From Microthyrium microscopicum (lineage: Eukaryota), in the NCBI GenBank assembly GCA_010405405.1, contig MU004231.1, positions 1,228,153 through 1,292,152 on the forward strand: DNA of 64,000 nucleotides, read 5' to 3'. The position numbers were made by a program, and so were the translations under genes. The notes under the pieces were generated by a model, which saw only the letters and a list, made by a program, of their open reading frames with translations, had not been told where the DNA came from and searched no databases. Shown here in pieces: positions 37,901 to 49,383 of the stretch (the stretch's first letter is position 1; every line of letters starts with the position of its first letter).

Positions 37901-40900
37901 TAACTAGGTAAAGTACTATAATATTACTTTTAAGAGAACTATAGAGTTTATTACTTATATCTTTAATAAGGCTTACTTACTTAAAAAAGTTAAGGCTAAA
38001 AACTAATTATATACTAACTTATAGATCTAAGATTTAGCTAACTTATTAAGATAAGTAGTAATAATACTAACTCTAGCTTTATAACTATAGCTAAGACAAA
38101 ATTATTCTTAGAATAATTAGAATACCTAAACGAATAATTCTTAGCCTTTATATAATTAAAATAGCTAGCTTAACTAGATAAGAGGCTAGTAAGAATATAT
38201 ATAACTTTAGTAATAATATTAACTAATCTATTCTTAATAAGGACTTAAAAGCTACTCTATATAGCTAGCTAATAATAGATAATAGTACTAGGAAGATCTA
38301 AATCCTCTAATATTAGCTTTATCTATATTATAGAAAGTTAACTAGCTAAAACCTTTTAGTAATACTTATAACTATTTAGATGATTAAAACTAATTAGGTT
38401 ATTATAATTCTTATAGTACTAGTAAACGCTAACTATTAACTTACTTTAGTTATAGCGTACTAGATATAAAAAGAAGCAACTATTTAACTTACTATTAAGA
38501 AGGATAACTTAATAACTAATAATAATAACCTCCTCTAAACTATTCTACTTCTATAAATCCTTTAGTAATAGTAGTAATATAAGTATTATAGTAAGAAGTA
38601 AATAAGGTTATTAGAGATTATTATTTTAGCGTTTAGAAACCTAAGATTAAGAATAGATTTTATAATACTAATAATAAAGATTAGAAAGAGCTTACTTAGT
38701 ATAAGTATATTAATAATATAGATACTTTTAGTCTAGGCTAGAGTAAGGATAAAGCTAATAAGTTAACCCTCTAGCTAGAAGGTATAAAATTTAAAAATAT
38801 TATTTTAGCTAATATAGTTAAATATACTTAATACAATATTAATAATAATAAAAATAAAAATCTATACCCTTATAAAACCTAGGCCTAACTAGACGATTAA
38901 AACCTAGATATAGATAATAATTCTAAGTTCCTTAAAGGTACTAAAATTCTAAAATTTTAACTCCTTAAAAGAATAGAGAAGAAAGGCTCTATAGATATTA
39001 CTAAGATCTTACTTAGGCGTCTTATTAGCTTAGAAGATAGTATTATAGTAGAAAATATTATAAATTACTCTCCTTACCTTACCTAATAGCTAGGTATAGT
39101 ATTATAGTAAGATAAAGTAATCTCTCTTATAACTTAGTCTTATAAAAACAAGATCTAATAAGAAAATAAAGCTTAAATAAAAGAGTAAATAGTAGTATAT
39201 AATACCTAGCCTAAGAAAGTAATTCCTACTACTAAGGAGTATATTTAAAGCTTAATTTTTCTATAAGCAACCCTAGCTAATACTAATTATTACGTATTAA
39301 TAATAAAGAAAGATTAAATAGATACTTTAAATATAGTATATAAAGTAAACTTTATAAATACTAATAAGTAATTAATAAAGGCTATTACTAAGAATACTTT
39401 ATATAATTATTTAGTCCTAGATACTAACGTATTAGAATATATTTTCTATACTTAGATATACGTTACTATACTAGTTAGAAAAGAATATATTTTATATAAA
39501 GTTTTTTTAAATAAAGGCTTAACTATAAACCTTATTAATATCTATATAGCTAAGAAGATAAGTTTTAAGAAGTAAGAATTTAAGCTAATATATATTATTT
39601 TTATTAATAGCTCTTAATCTATTCTAAATATAGAAGTAGAGGTTATTCTTAATATTAGTAATATTATTTATAATATTTAATACTATCTTATCCTAGAAAT
39701 AGTTTACTATAATATTCTTTTAGGTTTTTATTAGTCTAAAAGTATAAATATACTAAAGTAGAGTAAGTATAGGCTTTCTATAGTAGTTAATAAAAAGAAT
39801 TATTAAGTTATCCTAAATTCCTATTATTATAATAAAATAAAGAAAAAAGAGCCTAAAATATAGATTACCTTAGAAGATTTACTTTTCTAAATAAATAAAC
39901 TTATCTTTCTAATTTATAAATTAGTAAAGAAAGTCTTTCTATAATTTCTATTAATAGTTTAATAGATTAGCTTAGCCTTAGATACTAAATATTACACTTA
40001 CTTAATAGATAATAAGAAATTAATAAGAGTTAGAAATAAAGTTTATTAATAAGTCCTAATCTAAAACTTAGGCAAAGAGGACTATAAAGCTATAAAGATA
40101 CTATTAATTAGCGCTTTAGAGTTAACTTAAGATATACTAATAAAAGTTATTTAATAGCCTTTAAAAGTACTTTACTAGTAGATACCTTAAAAACTATTAG
40201 TATGCCTAAATATATAAAGCCTTATATATATACTTTATTTATAAAATATACTTTTATTATAAGTATAATATATAGTATAATTATAAAGTATATAAATATT
40301 AGTAGTCTTAAATCTAAAGAAGAGAAAGAAATTAAGTAAAAGACTAGTTTTAAAGATTATATTAACTTTAATAATATTAACTATAAGGAAATATATAATT
40401 ATAAGTCTTATCTAGAAGTAATATATTAAGAATATTTAATAAATTTATATAACTACTACTTATACTTATTCCTTTTCTCTATAATAACTTAAGCTTACTA
40501 CCCTAATAATTTAGTAACGTAAAGAATTCTTAGTTATTTAGTATAAATTTCCTTAGACTTTTTACTTAGCTAAGAAGCCTAATTATAATAATATTTATTA
40601 TCTATACGTTTAAGTATACTAAATAGAATAAGCCTAGTTAAGAAAATATATTTAAATATAAGTAAGTTATTATCTAAAAAGAAGTCTTTAGTATAGCTTA
40701 AAGCATACCTAAATAAATAGGAAGAAAGAAAGTTATAGCGTATAGAGTAATAGAAAAAGTTATTTATAATATATTTAACTATAGAGCTTCTAAAAAGCTT
40801 AAATATTAACTAACTAATAATTATCCTTTATAATTAAGATAAATAACTAATAAAGAAAAGCTATATATAGTTAGTTACTAAAGAACCTCTTTATAAAGTA

Positions 40901-41944
40901 GAATTTAGTAACATTAATTTTAGGCCTAAGAGTACTCTTATCTCTTTAAATATAGCTAAAAAAAATATACTTATAAAGGAGTTAAATAAAAACTTATTAT
41001 AAAATCCTTATTAAGACCTTATATATATATTAGAAGATTAGCTCTATATTAACTTACTAAAGGCGTTATCTATAAGTTTAAATATATTTAATTCTTTATA
41101 AGATTTAGTATATTAAGAACTCTTTATATTAAGACTAAGTAATACGTAGCATCTATTTATTAGATAAGTATTTTTATATAGATATTACTTAGAACTTATT
41201 ATTAATAATTTAAATATACTCTCTCTATTACTTAAAGAATTAGGAAAAGAAGAGATAAAGAATTAATTATAAATTTTAATCTTTTCTTTAGTAGAGGAAG
41301 AGTTAAATATATAAAATAAGTAAATCTCTACTATTATTAGTTTAAACGTACTATTTTTAAGAGCTAAAGAAAAATCTACTTAGTAAAAGGATCTTATTAC
41401 TTAAGCTTCTTTACTTAATCTTACTATAAATTTAGTAGAGTAATTAAAAATATTATAAAACTATAAAAGTAGTATTTCTATTATAGATTATAGAAATAAT
41501 TTAAGCCTATTAAATTAGTAAAATCTAATAGACGCTATTATACTAATAACGTTAGAATTAATTAATAACCTTAATATAAAATATTTTATATTTAAGGCTA
41601 CCTAAACTATATAACTTAGCTTAAAGAACTTATAAAGGAAAGAATAGTTCCTTCTTAAAGAACTTAAAAAACTAGTATAGGACTATATATAAGTAATAAG
41701 TATATATTATCTAAAATATTAAGAAGGTATAAAGATTTTAAGATCTTTAATAATTAAGGCTCCTTAAAACTTATTATTATAATATAATTTAGGTAGAGAA
41801 AAGAATACTAATCTTAAAAGCTAGACTATACTTATTTCTTTAATAATAACCTAAATCTTATAAGATTTTTTATAGGATTTTAGGAAATAGGTAAGTTTTA
41901 AATTTAGACTAAATACTAATCTTAAAGATAGAATAATACTAGTA

Positions 41945-42166
41945 TGTGAGGAATCCTCACAGGTTTGGTGTTTTGGTGTTGGATCCAGAGATCTGATCCT
42001 GCAGATAAGATCTCTTTATCCCGTTTGGGGTTAGTGTGTCCGAGGATCCCCCGGGCCCTATATCTTCGCATCCGTAGCTCCATCTCCAGATCTCCTCTCT
42101 CCGTACGTAGATCCTACAATATTAGCTACATTCTGCTCGCCTGATCGTGCCCGATAGCTCCTCACA
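41945..42166 (+). repeat. 5' LTR (222 bp; 8-bp terminal inverted repeat TGTGAGGA…TCCTCACA)
   Basis: Direct repeat of 49384-49605. Confidence 0.97.
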
Positions 42167-42168
42167 TA

Positions 42169-42178
42169 ATCTACGTAC
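42169..42178 (+). promoter_or_regulatory. Primer-binding site complementary to the LTR itself (self-priming type)
   Basis: ATCTACGTAC is the reverse complement of GTACGTAGAT at 42103-42112; it lacks the TGG start of a typical tRNA PBS. Confidence 0.8.
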
Positions 42179-42561
42179 CTCTACACCAAAAAACAACTCT
42201 GCGCGTTTATCGCGCATCGCCAAATTGCCGCCAGCCGAAGTCGTGCTCGAATCCGCTGAACGACAACAACATATCGGCAGTACTGCCCTTGGTTGGGATT
42301 AGCGCTGTTTAGACCCTTGTAGAAGGTACTAGCAAAGCTGCGAACACCCAATCAAACGAACGCCTTTTTAGCGTCGTTTGCTAAAACAAAGAGCACGAAG
42401 CGGTCAAAGCGTTTACCCCACCGTGTTCTTCCACCAACGATCTGTGGAGGCGTTTCTGCATCCTCTCCACTTACCATCCACTTACACACACCCTGTCCCT
42501 TGTCTAAAAATATCCGTCATTCCATCATCTCGGTTCCGACAACGACAGAAACAACATTACC

Positions 42562-44772
42562 ATGGATTCCCAGAACGACCAGCGCGTTGATCGCAGCACG
42601 CTGCCTCGTCCTCTCTATCTCGAACGCAAGCGCTCACGATCTCGTTCACCAGAGCGCTCCCTACCTCCCCGCGACTCACACGGACGCTTTTTGAAGGCTG
42701 CGTCAGTCGCATCGGATACGGAAGCCAATCAGATATCGACCTTGCAGTCGACCCTTCAACATGAACCACTCGATATCCAAGATTCTGTTGAACTCCCTCC
42801 GATACCCGAAAAGGACGAAGGACTCTCTGATGACGAAGACGCCGAATTCCTGCGTCAGAGCGCCATAGATATCCATGAAGTGGAAAAAGCTTCTGGAGCA
42901 GCACTTGTCGCGGCGTCGATAAAAGAGCCAGGATTGAAGGAAGAGGTGTCGACCTCTAGTGCTGCCCAGATTGCTGGCCCTTCCGTGACGAAGGCGATCA
43001 AAGGAAAAGAACGTGCAGTGGAAGCGTTGGATGATGGTGAAGCACGTCTTCCAAAAGATGTGCGACTCTGGTTGGATTCGCTACTTAGTCGACCCAACCC
43101 TCCGAACGTCCCTCCAGGATTCCTTTCCCATTTGCCTGTTGCACCTGCAGACCTAAACCACCAGGTTGCTCTGTTGGCAGCAGACAAGCCTTTGTTTATA
43201 CAGGCCTTGCACGGAATTGGACCGAAACAGGGAAAACAAGTGTTAGCAATTCGCCGAGACGAAGTGGACCCGTCGAACCCAGTATGGGATCAATACCTCA
43301 CCATTGAAGGGGGGGATTTCCTATACCGTCACATCAAATCTGGCCACCCTGAAGATTTCTTTAAACGACTTCATACCGCGCTAGCAATATCACAGACTAT
43401 GGCTCTTCGCTATCAGTCTTCAAGATTGGCACAGGACACCATTGCAAAGAACCTCCTGGAATCAAACTTTGACATGACTCGTCTCGAGAAGTCGTTTGAA
43501 ACCTTGCAGGAAAAAGCCATGGATCAGCAACGTTCAATGGAGGACGTTCAAGCCCACATCGACCAACTACAACGTAACCATGCCGTCGAATTGAATGCGG
43601 CACGCCAGTCAGAACAACAGGCTATCGCAAAGCTGGAGACTAAACGAGCTACCAACCTTCAATACCGAGAATTGGTTGGCTCGCTGCGCACCAAGGTTAC
43701 TGAACTGGAAGGACAGCTGCGAGCGGCATTGGTCATGGCACCACCACCCCACATTGATCATGAAGATTTGGAAGACGATGCTATTCTGGGTCGTCGTGCA
43801 TCAAACTCTACACGTCCAGCGGTGTTAGGTGATGTCCAACCCGCGGGAATGCGACATCTGACCCCATTGTCAACCACTGCGAGCGCAGCAGGTGGTCGCC
43901 CTCGTTTCAAGGAACCTGGCGACTTTACCGGAATTGATACAACCAAGTACAAGATGTGGAAGGAGAAGATGCTTGACGTCCTGCTTGACGACGAGGCATA
44001 TTTGCACGTCCCAACAGAGAAGAAAAAGATCGAATTCATCCGCCAACGCCTCACTGGCACTGCCTACAACCTCGCCGTTATTCGAGGAGGTAGAGAATCG
44101 AAGAACCCGTACAAGCACATGAACGAGATGTGGGCTGATCTAGATAGCCACTTCCGTTCCGAAAACGGTTTCGAAGACGCCAAAGCTTGGTTGAAATCAC
44201 CTGAGGCGAAAATGAAGGATTCTGAGACTCTTCAAGGGTTTCTGGGACGATTCGAAGCCAACTCTGCAGATGCAGAACTCAACGAACGTGAGAAGATTGT
44301 CGAACTCAAAGATCTGATCCCGAAGAAGTTCACAAACCCCTTGGTGGCTCACGATATCAAAGACTTCGCTACCTTCTGCACCCAACTCTATAACGTCGGT
44401 CGTCACATTAACTACAAACCGAACACCGACGCAAATTCGAATAATAGTAACCCGCGTCAGAATAACTCACGTCGGGGAAACAATCAATCTTCCAATCAAG
44501 GGAGCAACACCGACGCCAAAAACAATAACATTTCTCGACCCCCGGATGTATTTCAAGCACTGAAGGCCGAGAAACGTTGTATTCGTTGTGGTGAAAAAGG
44601 ACATCGTGCCAATGCCAAGAACCCACCTTGTGAGGGTCAAGAGCCGTTGTCCGATCAGAAGATCAAAGCCAAAGTTGCTCAACTGGCCGCAGTATTTGCG
44701 CGCGTGCGTCAAGGTCAACAGCCCTCTGTCGAGGAAGCTCAAGACGAAGATGACCGCCGTTCGTTAAACTAG
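42562..44772 (+). CDS. gag: Retrotransposon Gag (736 aa): coiled coil, capsid region, atypical zinc knuckle
   Basis: FKEPGDFTG…W…KIEFIRQRLTGTA capsid motif; CIRCGEKGH…C knuckle; located after the 5' LTR. Confidence 0.9.
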   Translation: MDSQNDQRVDRSTLPRPLYLERKRSRSRSPERSLPPRDSHGRFLKAASVASDTEANQISTLQSTLQHEPLDIQDSVELPPIPEKDEGLSDDEDAEFLRQSAIDIHEVEKASGAALVAASIKEPGLKEEVSTSSAAQIAGPSVTKAIKGKERAVEALDDGEARLPKDVRLWLDSLLSRPNPPNVPPGFLSHLPVAPADLNHQVALLAADKPLFIQALHGIGPKQGKQVLAIRRDEVDPSNPVWDQYLTIEGGDFLYRHIKSGHPEDFFKRLHTALAISQTMALRYQSSRLAQDTIAKNLLESNFDMTRLEKSFETLQEKAMDQQRSMEDVQAHIDQLQRNHAVELNAARQSEQQAIAKLETKRATNLQYRELVGSLRTKVTELEGQLRAALVMAPPPHIDHEDLEDDAILGRRASNSTRPAVLGDVQPAGMRHLTPLSTTASAAGGRPRFKEPGDFTGIDTTKYKMWKEKMLDVLLDDEAYLHVPTEKKKIEFIRQRLTGTAYNLAVIRGGRESKNPYKHMNEMWADLDSHFRSENGFEDAKAWLKSPEAKMKDSETLQGFLGRFEANSADAELNEREKIVELKDLIPKKFTNPLVAHDIKDFATFCTQLYNVGRHINYKPNTDANSNNSNPRQNNSRRGNNQSSNQGSNTDAKNNNISRPPDVFQALKAEKRCIRCGEKGHRANAKNPPCEGQEPLSDQKIKAKVAQLAAVFARVRQGQQPSVEEAQDEDDRRSLN

Positions 44773-47700
44773 ATGCTCCTTCGCTGAGCCGCGAGGAGGA
44801 GCTGAATGAGAACGAAGCGCAAAACAAACGAAAGAAACGTCGGGATGACCAACCGGACGCACAACCGCCTGATGTTGAAACTGATGAGCAAAAAGCCGAG
44901 AAGACCTTTCGCGAGAATGAGGAGGTCATCGTTGGATATCTGCATCATCACATCAAGCGCCTTGAATACGAAGAAGCAGTCCGTAAGGGACGCGTTACAC
45001 CAGTACACTCTCAAGCCATCCGCATATCACTGGCTTCCGTCACACCTGCGGCATGGCCAAAGGATATCAAAAAGAAAGACCCTGTTGTTGGATCCCAATG
45101 GACCACAGTGGGGCAAGTTTATGTCCCACGTAGTGAAGCGTATTCCAATGCAGGTGTCCTGATCGACACAGGCAGTGGCGCTATGGGTATTGTTAACCCC
45201 CGCTACTTGCGACAACACGGTATACCGACATTTGACCTCACTCGACCTCGAATCATTGAGCTCGCTGATGGCAAGTCTGTTTCCACGGTCGATAAGGCCG
45301 CCCTTATCAATGTCCGCATTGGCTGCCACGTCGAACAACTCAGTTGTTTCGTCATGGAAGTTGCCTCGCACGACCTAATATTAGGAGCGCCTTGGATAGA
45401 CCAACACGAAGTCGATCTCCACGGGGGATCAAGAACCTTAACCTTTGGCAGCATGCGATGCATTGCCAATTGTATTACATCACGTCGCCCAATATCTGTG
45501 GATCCAAAAGGACGTACGATCAACCTTCCCCTCCCTGACGACATGGACATTGCATTCGTGTCAGCCGTGGCATTTGAGAAGCTTTCAAAGCGCAAAGACG
45601 CTGTTGTCGACGCCTTTTGGCCAGAAGATTTTGAGAAAATGAAAGATGATGGAACAATGGACAAGGACGATGACGACGGAGAAGCGATAAACCTCTCCGC
45701 TCACGCTATCTCCGAAGAGGATTATATCAAATGGCAGGATAAGCAGGACAGCCCGCACATGTCACGAGAAGAAATACTGAAGCTCATTCCGGAGGAATTC
45801 CGACGACACTTCGAGGTTTTCAACCCAAAACGAGCTGATACTCTCGCACCACATCGAGGCAAATTCGATCATGCCATTGACCTTATCCCAGACGCAAAAA
45901 TACCAAAACGTCGTCCTATCTCAATGTCCCCAAAGCAGGCATTGGTAGTAAAGCAGTACACAGAGCAATTATTAGCACGCGGGTTCGCGGGGCCTTCTAA
46001 GTCTCAATATGCTGCACCAATGCTTTGCGTTAGCAAGCCAGGCGGGGGTATTAGAGTTTGCATCGATTATCGCGGACTCAATGAAATCACCGTCAAGAAC
46101 AGCAATGTTCCTCCTCTTATCAACGAAACACTTACGCGTTTGATGCGCGCAAAGTTCTACTCCAAATTTGACGTCATCGCAGCGTTTGAACGGATTCGGA
46201 TCAAACCTGGAGACGAGCATAAAACGGCCTTCCTTACTCGATACGGCCTCTTCGAATTTAACGTCCTCCCCTTCGGTCTTACAGGGGGACCGGGAACGTT
46301 CCAATCTTACGTCAACCACGCGTTGATGCAATTCCTCGACGACTTCGTCACTGTCTACCTCGACGACATCTTGGTCTTCAGTGAGACGTTAGAGGAACAT
46401 AACGCACATGTCCATCTTGTCTTAGATGCATTGGAACGTGCAGGTTTATTCCTAGACATCAAGAAGTCTGAATTCTGCGTCCAGGAAGTCAAATACCTCG
46501 GTCTGATCATCACCACTGAGGGCATCAAAATGGATCCCGCTAAAGTTCAGGCGGTACTAGAATGGGAACGACCAGCGTGCTTGAAAGACGTTCAGGCGTT
46601 CCTTGGATTCGCAAATTTCTACCGTCGCTTCATATTTGGCTATTCAGCCATAGCGGCGCCGTTAACCAATCTCACAAGAAAGGACGCTATCGCAGTCTTC
46701 CCGTGGGATCTGGAGGGGCCTGAAGAGAGAGCGTTCGAAGCTCTCAAGGAAGCCTTCACTTCCGCCCCTATCCTTATCCACTTCGACTACAACAAGGAAA
46801 CTTGGGTAGAAACAGATGCATCGGATTGGGCATATGCAGCAGTGCTATCACAAAAGGACGCCAACGGAGATCTCAAACCCGTCGCGTTCCTGTCCAAAAA
46901 GATGACACCTGCAGAATGCAATTACGACATCTACGACAAGGAGCTGTTAGCTATTGTCCGAGCTTTTGAAGAATGGGAACCTGAACTCTTCGGCACAGAA
47001 GACGTCATCAAGGTCTTCTCAGATCATCAAAACCTCCAGACATTTATGAAAACAAAGAAGCTCACTCGCCGTCAAATGCGATGGGCTGAATTCTTGTCAC
47101 AATTCCACTTCCTTATCGAATATCGCCCAGGAACAGCTAACGGTAAAGCTGACGCCCTCACGAGACGTTCCCAAGATCTTCCTCAAAGCGATAATGATCC
47201 ACGGATCACCCAGCAGTATCGACCACTTTTATTCCCCCACCAGTTCAGTACGAAAAAAGCGGTCGAACTCGCTACAATTCTCATCAACCCCATCACCTTA
47301 TCCCTTTTACAAGTAGCTGCAATTGCGGCGGACGAGTTGGATGCCACCGCAACAGGGGAATTACATTCAGAACCTGTTGCGGGGAGCCTTCGGAATGAGG
47401 CTCCGGCCGGTTTGGATGATTCTCCACCGGTTAACGAGGAATCCCTGGACTTCGCCCCAGAACAGTTCTTGAAAGAGGTGATAAAAGCGAGCAAGGTTGA
47501 CGAGCTGTTGATTGCAATTCAGCTGGCTAAAGCACAAAAAGACCACTTCCTGCCTTTCAACATCCCCGACCGAGAGCACATCGAGTTGACGGACTGTGAA
47601 GCTATGCCAGATGGCACTGTGCTCTACCAGCAAAAGCTCTTCATCCCTACCACCCATTTACGCCGCAAAGCTATGAAGCAGGCTCATCAACATAAGGTAA

Positions 47701-49085
47701 TGGGACATGGAGGAGTTGCAACAACATACCACCATTTACAGCAAGATTACTGGTGGCCACGCATGTCGGAGTCAGTAAAGACTTTCGTCAAGGGCTGTCG
47801 CTGTGTCTTTGCCAAACCCGTGCGTCAAAAGAAGCAAGGTTTATTGAGATCCTTCCCACTACCAGATCGTGCTTGGTCGGATATTTCTATCGACTTCGCT
47901 GTCTCCTTGCCAAGATGCACACACCAAGGGATCGTCTACCGCCACATTATGGTTATAGTCGATCGCCTCACACGGTCCCGGAGATTTATTGCCCTCCCCG
48001 ACCTATCAGTCGAAACGATGGTCATCGCGTTTATCGACCACGTCTGGAAGCTTTACGGTTGGCCAGATTCCATCCTGTCAGACAGAGGAACCCAGTTCAC
48101 GTCAGCATTTTGGGGCCGCCTTTGCGAGCGCATCGGTGTTGCTCTAAGGTTGAGCACGGCTTGGCATCCTGAGACGGATGGAATCACAGAAATATCAATT
48201 GCTGCACTTAAACAGTACCTGCGCTCGTTCGTCAACTGGGACCAAGACAATTGGGCCTCGTTGTTACCCTTTGCTGAGTTCGCGGTTAATTCTGCAGTAA
48301 GCGCCACCACAGGCTTCGCACCGTTTGAGGCCCAGAACGGCTTTCTACCAAAATCAGGATTGGAATCAGCTCATCGTCTACCACCCAAGGCTTCGTACAA
48401 ATCCGCAGCAGCTCGCAAGGAAGTTGCCTCAGCGGACCACATCTGGGACGGTAGAGAGAAGTTACACCAATTCTTGAAGGAACAATTAGTGTGGGCGCAG
48501 TCACAGCAAAAGCTCCACGCTGACAAGCACCGGCGTCCAGCGCCTGATCTTTATCCAGGAGATTGGGTTCGTCTCGACGTTCGTAACTACAACACAACAC
48601 GCCCTTCAAAAACGCTTGACAACAAGAGCGCAGGACCGTTCAAAGTCCTCCGCAAGATCGATGGTGTTACTTACAAATTGGATCTGCCCGAGTCGATGAA
48701 AATGCATCCAGTATTTCACGCTTGGTTGTTACACCCTATCGACGACGAGGCTGAGCTTCTCAAAGAAGTTAACCCTCCGCCAGCTGTTGTCGGCGAAGTT
48801 GAAGGCGAAGAAGAAGAATGGCTTGTGGACGCCATCACCAACAGCAAATGGGAAGGCCGCGGCAAAGGCAAGGTCCTCAAATATAGGATCAAATGGAATG
48901 GTTATCACGATGAGAGTTGGCAACCATGGCAGAACGTGCTCAACGCGCCTGATGCCATCTTGGAGTTTCATCGTCTACATCCTGATAAACCAGGTCCACA
49001 TCCCTCGTGGAAGCCGCCAAAGCCTGACCAGGAAGAAGATCACGATATCGACGGTTTGCCCGCGGATTGGGATCTCACAGCATAA
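44754..49085 (+). CDS. pol: Retrotransposon Pol (protease-RT-RNase H-integrase-chromodomain) in the -1 frame relative to gag
   Basis: Frame is open from 44754. LIDTGS, YLDD, ETDAS…YDKELLAI, DISIDF…SDRGTQF…TDGITE, GPF, and chromodomain EWLVDAI…YRIKWNGY…SWQP. Confidence 0.97.
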   Translation, partial: PPFVKLDAPSLSREEELNENEAQNKRKKRRDDQPDAQPPDVETDEQKAEKTFRENEEVIVGYLHHHIKRLEYEEAVRKGRVTPVHSQAIRISLASVTPAAWPKDIKKKDPVVGSQWTTVGQVYVPRSEAYSNAGVLIDTGSGAMGIVNPRYLRQHGIPTFDLTRPRIIELADGKSVSTVDKAALINVRIGCHVEQLSCFVMEVASHDLILGAPWIDQHEVDLHGGSRTLTFGSMRCIANCITSRRPISVDPKGRTINLPLPDDMDIAFVSAVAFEKLSKRKDAVVDAFWPEDFEKMKDDGTMDKDDDDGEAINLSAHAISEEDYIKWQDKQDSPHMSREEILKLIPEEFRRHFEVFNPKRADTLAPHRGKFDHAIDLIPDAKIPKRRPISMSPKQALVVKQYTEQLLARGFAGPSKSQYAAPMLCVSKPGGGIRVCIDYRGLNEITVKNSNVPPLINETLTRLMRAKFYSKFDVIAAFERIRIKPGDEHKTAFLTRYGLFEFNVLPFGLTGGPGTFQSYVNHALMQFLDDFVTVYLDDILVFSETLEEHNAHVHLVLDALERAGLFLDIKKSEFCVQEVKYLGLIITTEGIKMDPAKVQAVLEWERPACLKDVQAFLGFANFYRRFIFGYSAIAAPLTNLTRKDAIAVFPWDLEGPEERAFEALKEAFTSAPILIHFDYNKETWVETDASDWAYAAVLSQKDANGDLKPVAFLSKKMTPAECNYDIYDKELLAIVRAFEEWEPELFGTEDVIKVFSDHQNLQTFMKTKKLTRRQMRWAEFLSQFHFLIEYRPGTANGKADALTRRSQDLPQSDNDPRITQQYRPLLFPHQFSTKKAVELATILINPITLSLLQVAAIAADELDATATGELHSEPVAGSLRNEAPAGLDDSPPVNEESLDFAPEQFLKEVIKASKVDELLIAIQLAKAQKDHFLPFNIPDREHIELTDCEAMPDGTVLYQQKLFIPTTHLRRKAMKQAHQHKVMGHGGVATTYHHLQQDYWWPRMSESVKTFVKGCRCVFAKPVRQKKQGLLRSFPLPDRAWSDISIDFAVSLPRCTHQGIVYRHIMVIVDRLTRSRRFIALPDLSVETMVIAFIDHVWKLYGWPDSILSDRGTQFTSAFWGRLCERIGVALRLSTAWHPETDGITEISIAALKQYLRSFVNWDQDNWASLLPFAEFAVNSAVSATTGFAPFEAQNGFLPKSGLESAHRLPPKASYKSAAARKEVASADHIWDGREKLHQFLKEQLVWAQSQQKLHADKHRRPAPDLYPGDWVRLDVRNYNTTRPSKTLDNKSAGPFKVLRKIDGVTYKLDLPESMKMHPVFHAWLLHPIDDEAELLKEVNPPPAVVGEVEGEEEEWLVDAITNSKWEGRGKGKVLKYRIKWNGYHDESWQPWQNVLNAPDAILEFHRLHPDKPGPHPSWKPPKPDQEEDHDIDGLPADWDLTA

Positions 49086-49289
49086 AAGCGCTTTGTTTTT
49101 ACAGTTTTATACCCCTTGTTTTCGGTTTGTTTTTGATAACGCCACCGTTGAGACTATTGGACACTGTGGACCATCTCGAATGGACATCCTTACCTTCATC
49201 AATGGGTTTCGACAGTCGCCAGGGTTAGTGGATGACGTGTTACATGTCTCTCGGTGGTGATGCACATGAAGGAGTTTTAGCATTCGCAT

Positions 49290-49349
49290 GGACCGGACCG
49301 GACCGGACTGGACTGGCCTGGCCTGGCCTGGAATGGAACGGATTGGAAC
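49290..49349 (+). repeat. Twelve tandem degenerate GGNNY pentamers in the element's 3' UTR
   Basis: ggacc x3, ggact x2, ggcct x3, ggaat, ggaac, ggatt, ggaac. Confidence 0.9.
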
Positions 49350-49368
49350 AGCCCAGGAGGTCTGTTTT

Positions 49369-49380
49369 GGAAGGGGGGAG
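49369..49380 (+). promoter_or_regulatory. Polypurine tract
   Basis: GGAAGGGGGGAG ends 3 nt before the 3' LTR. Confidence 0.92.
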
Positions 49381-49383
49381 TTA

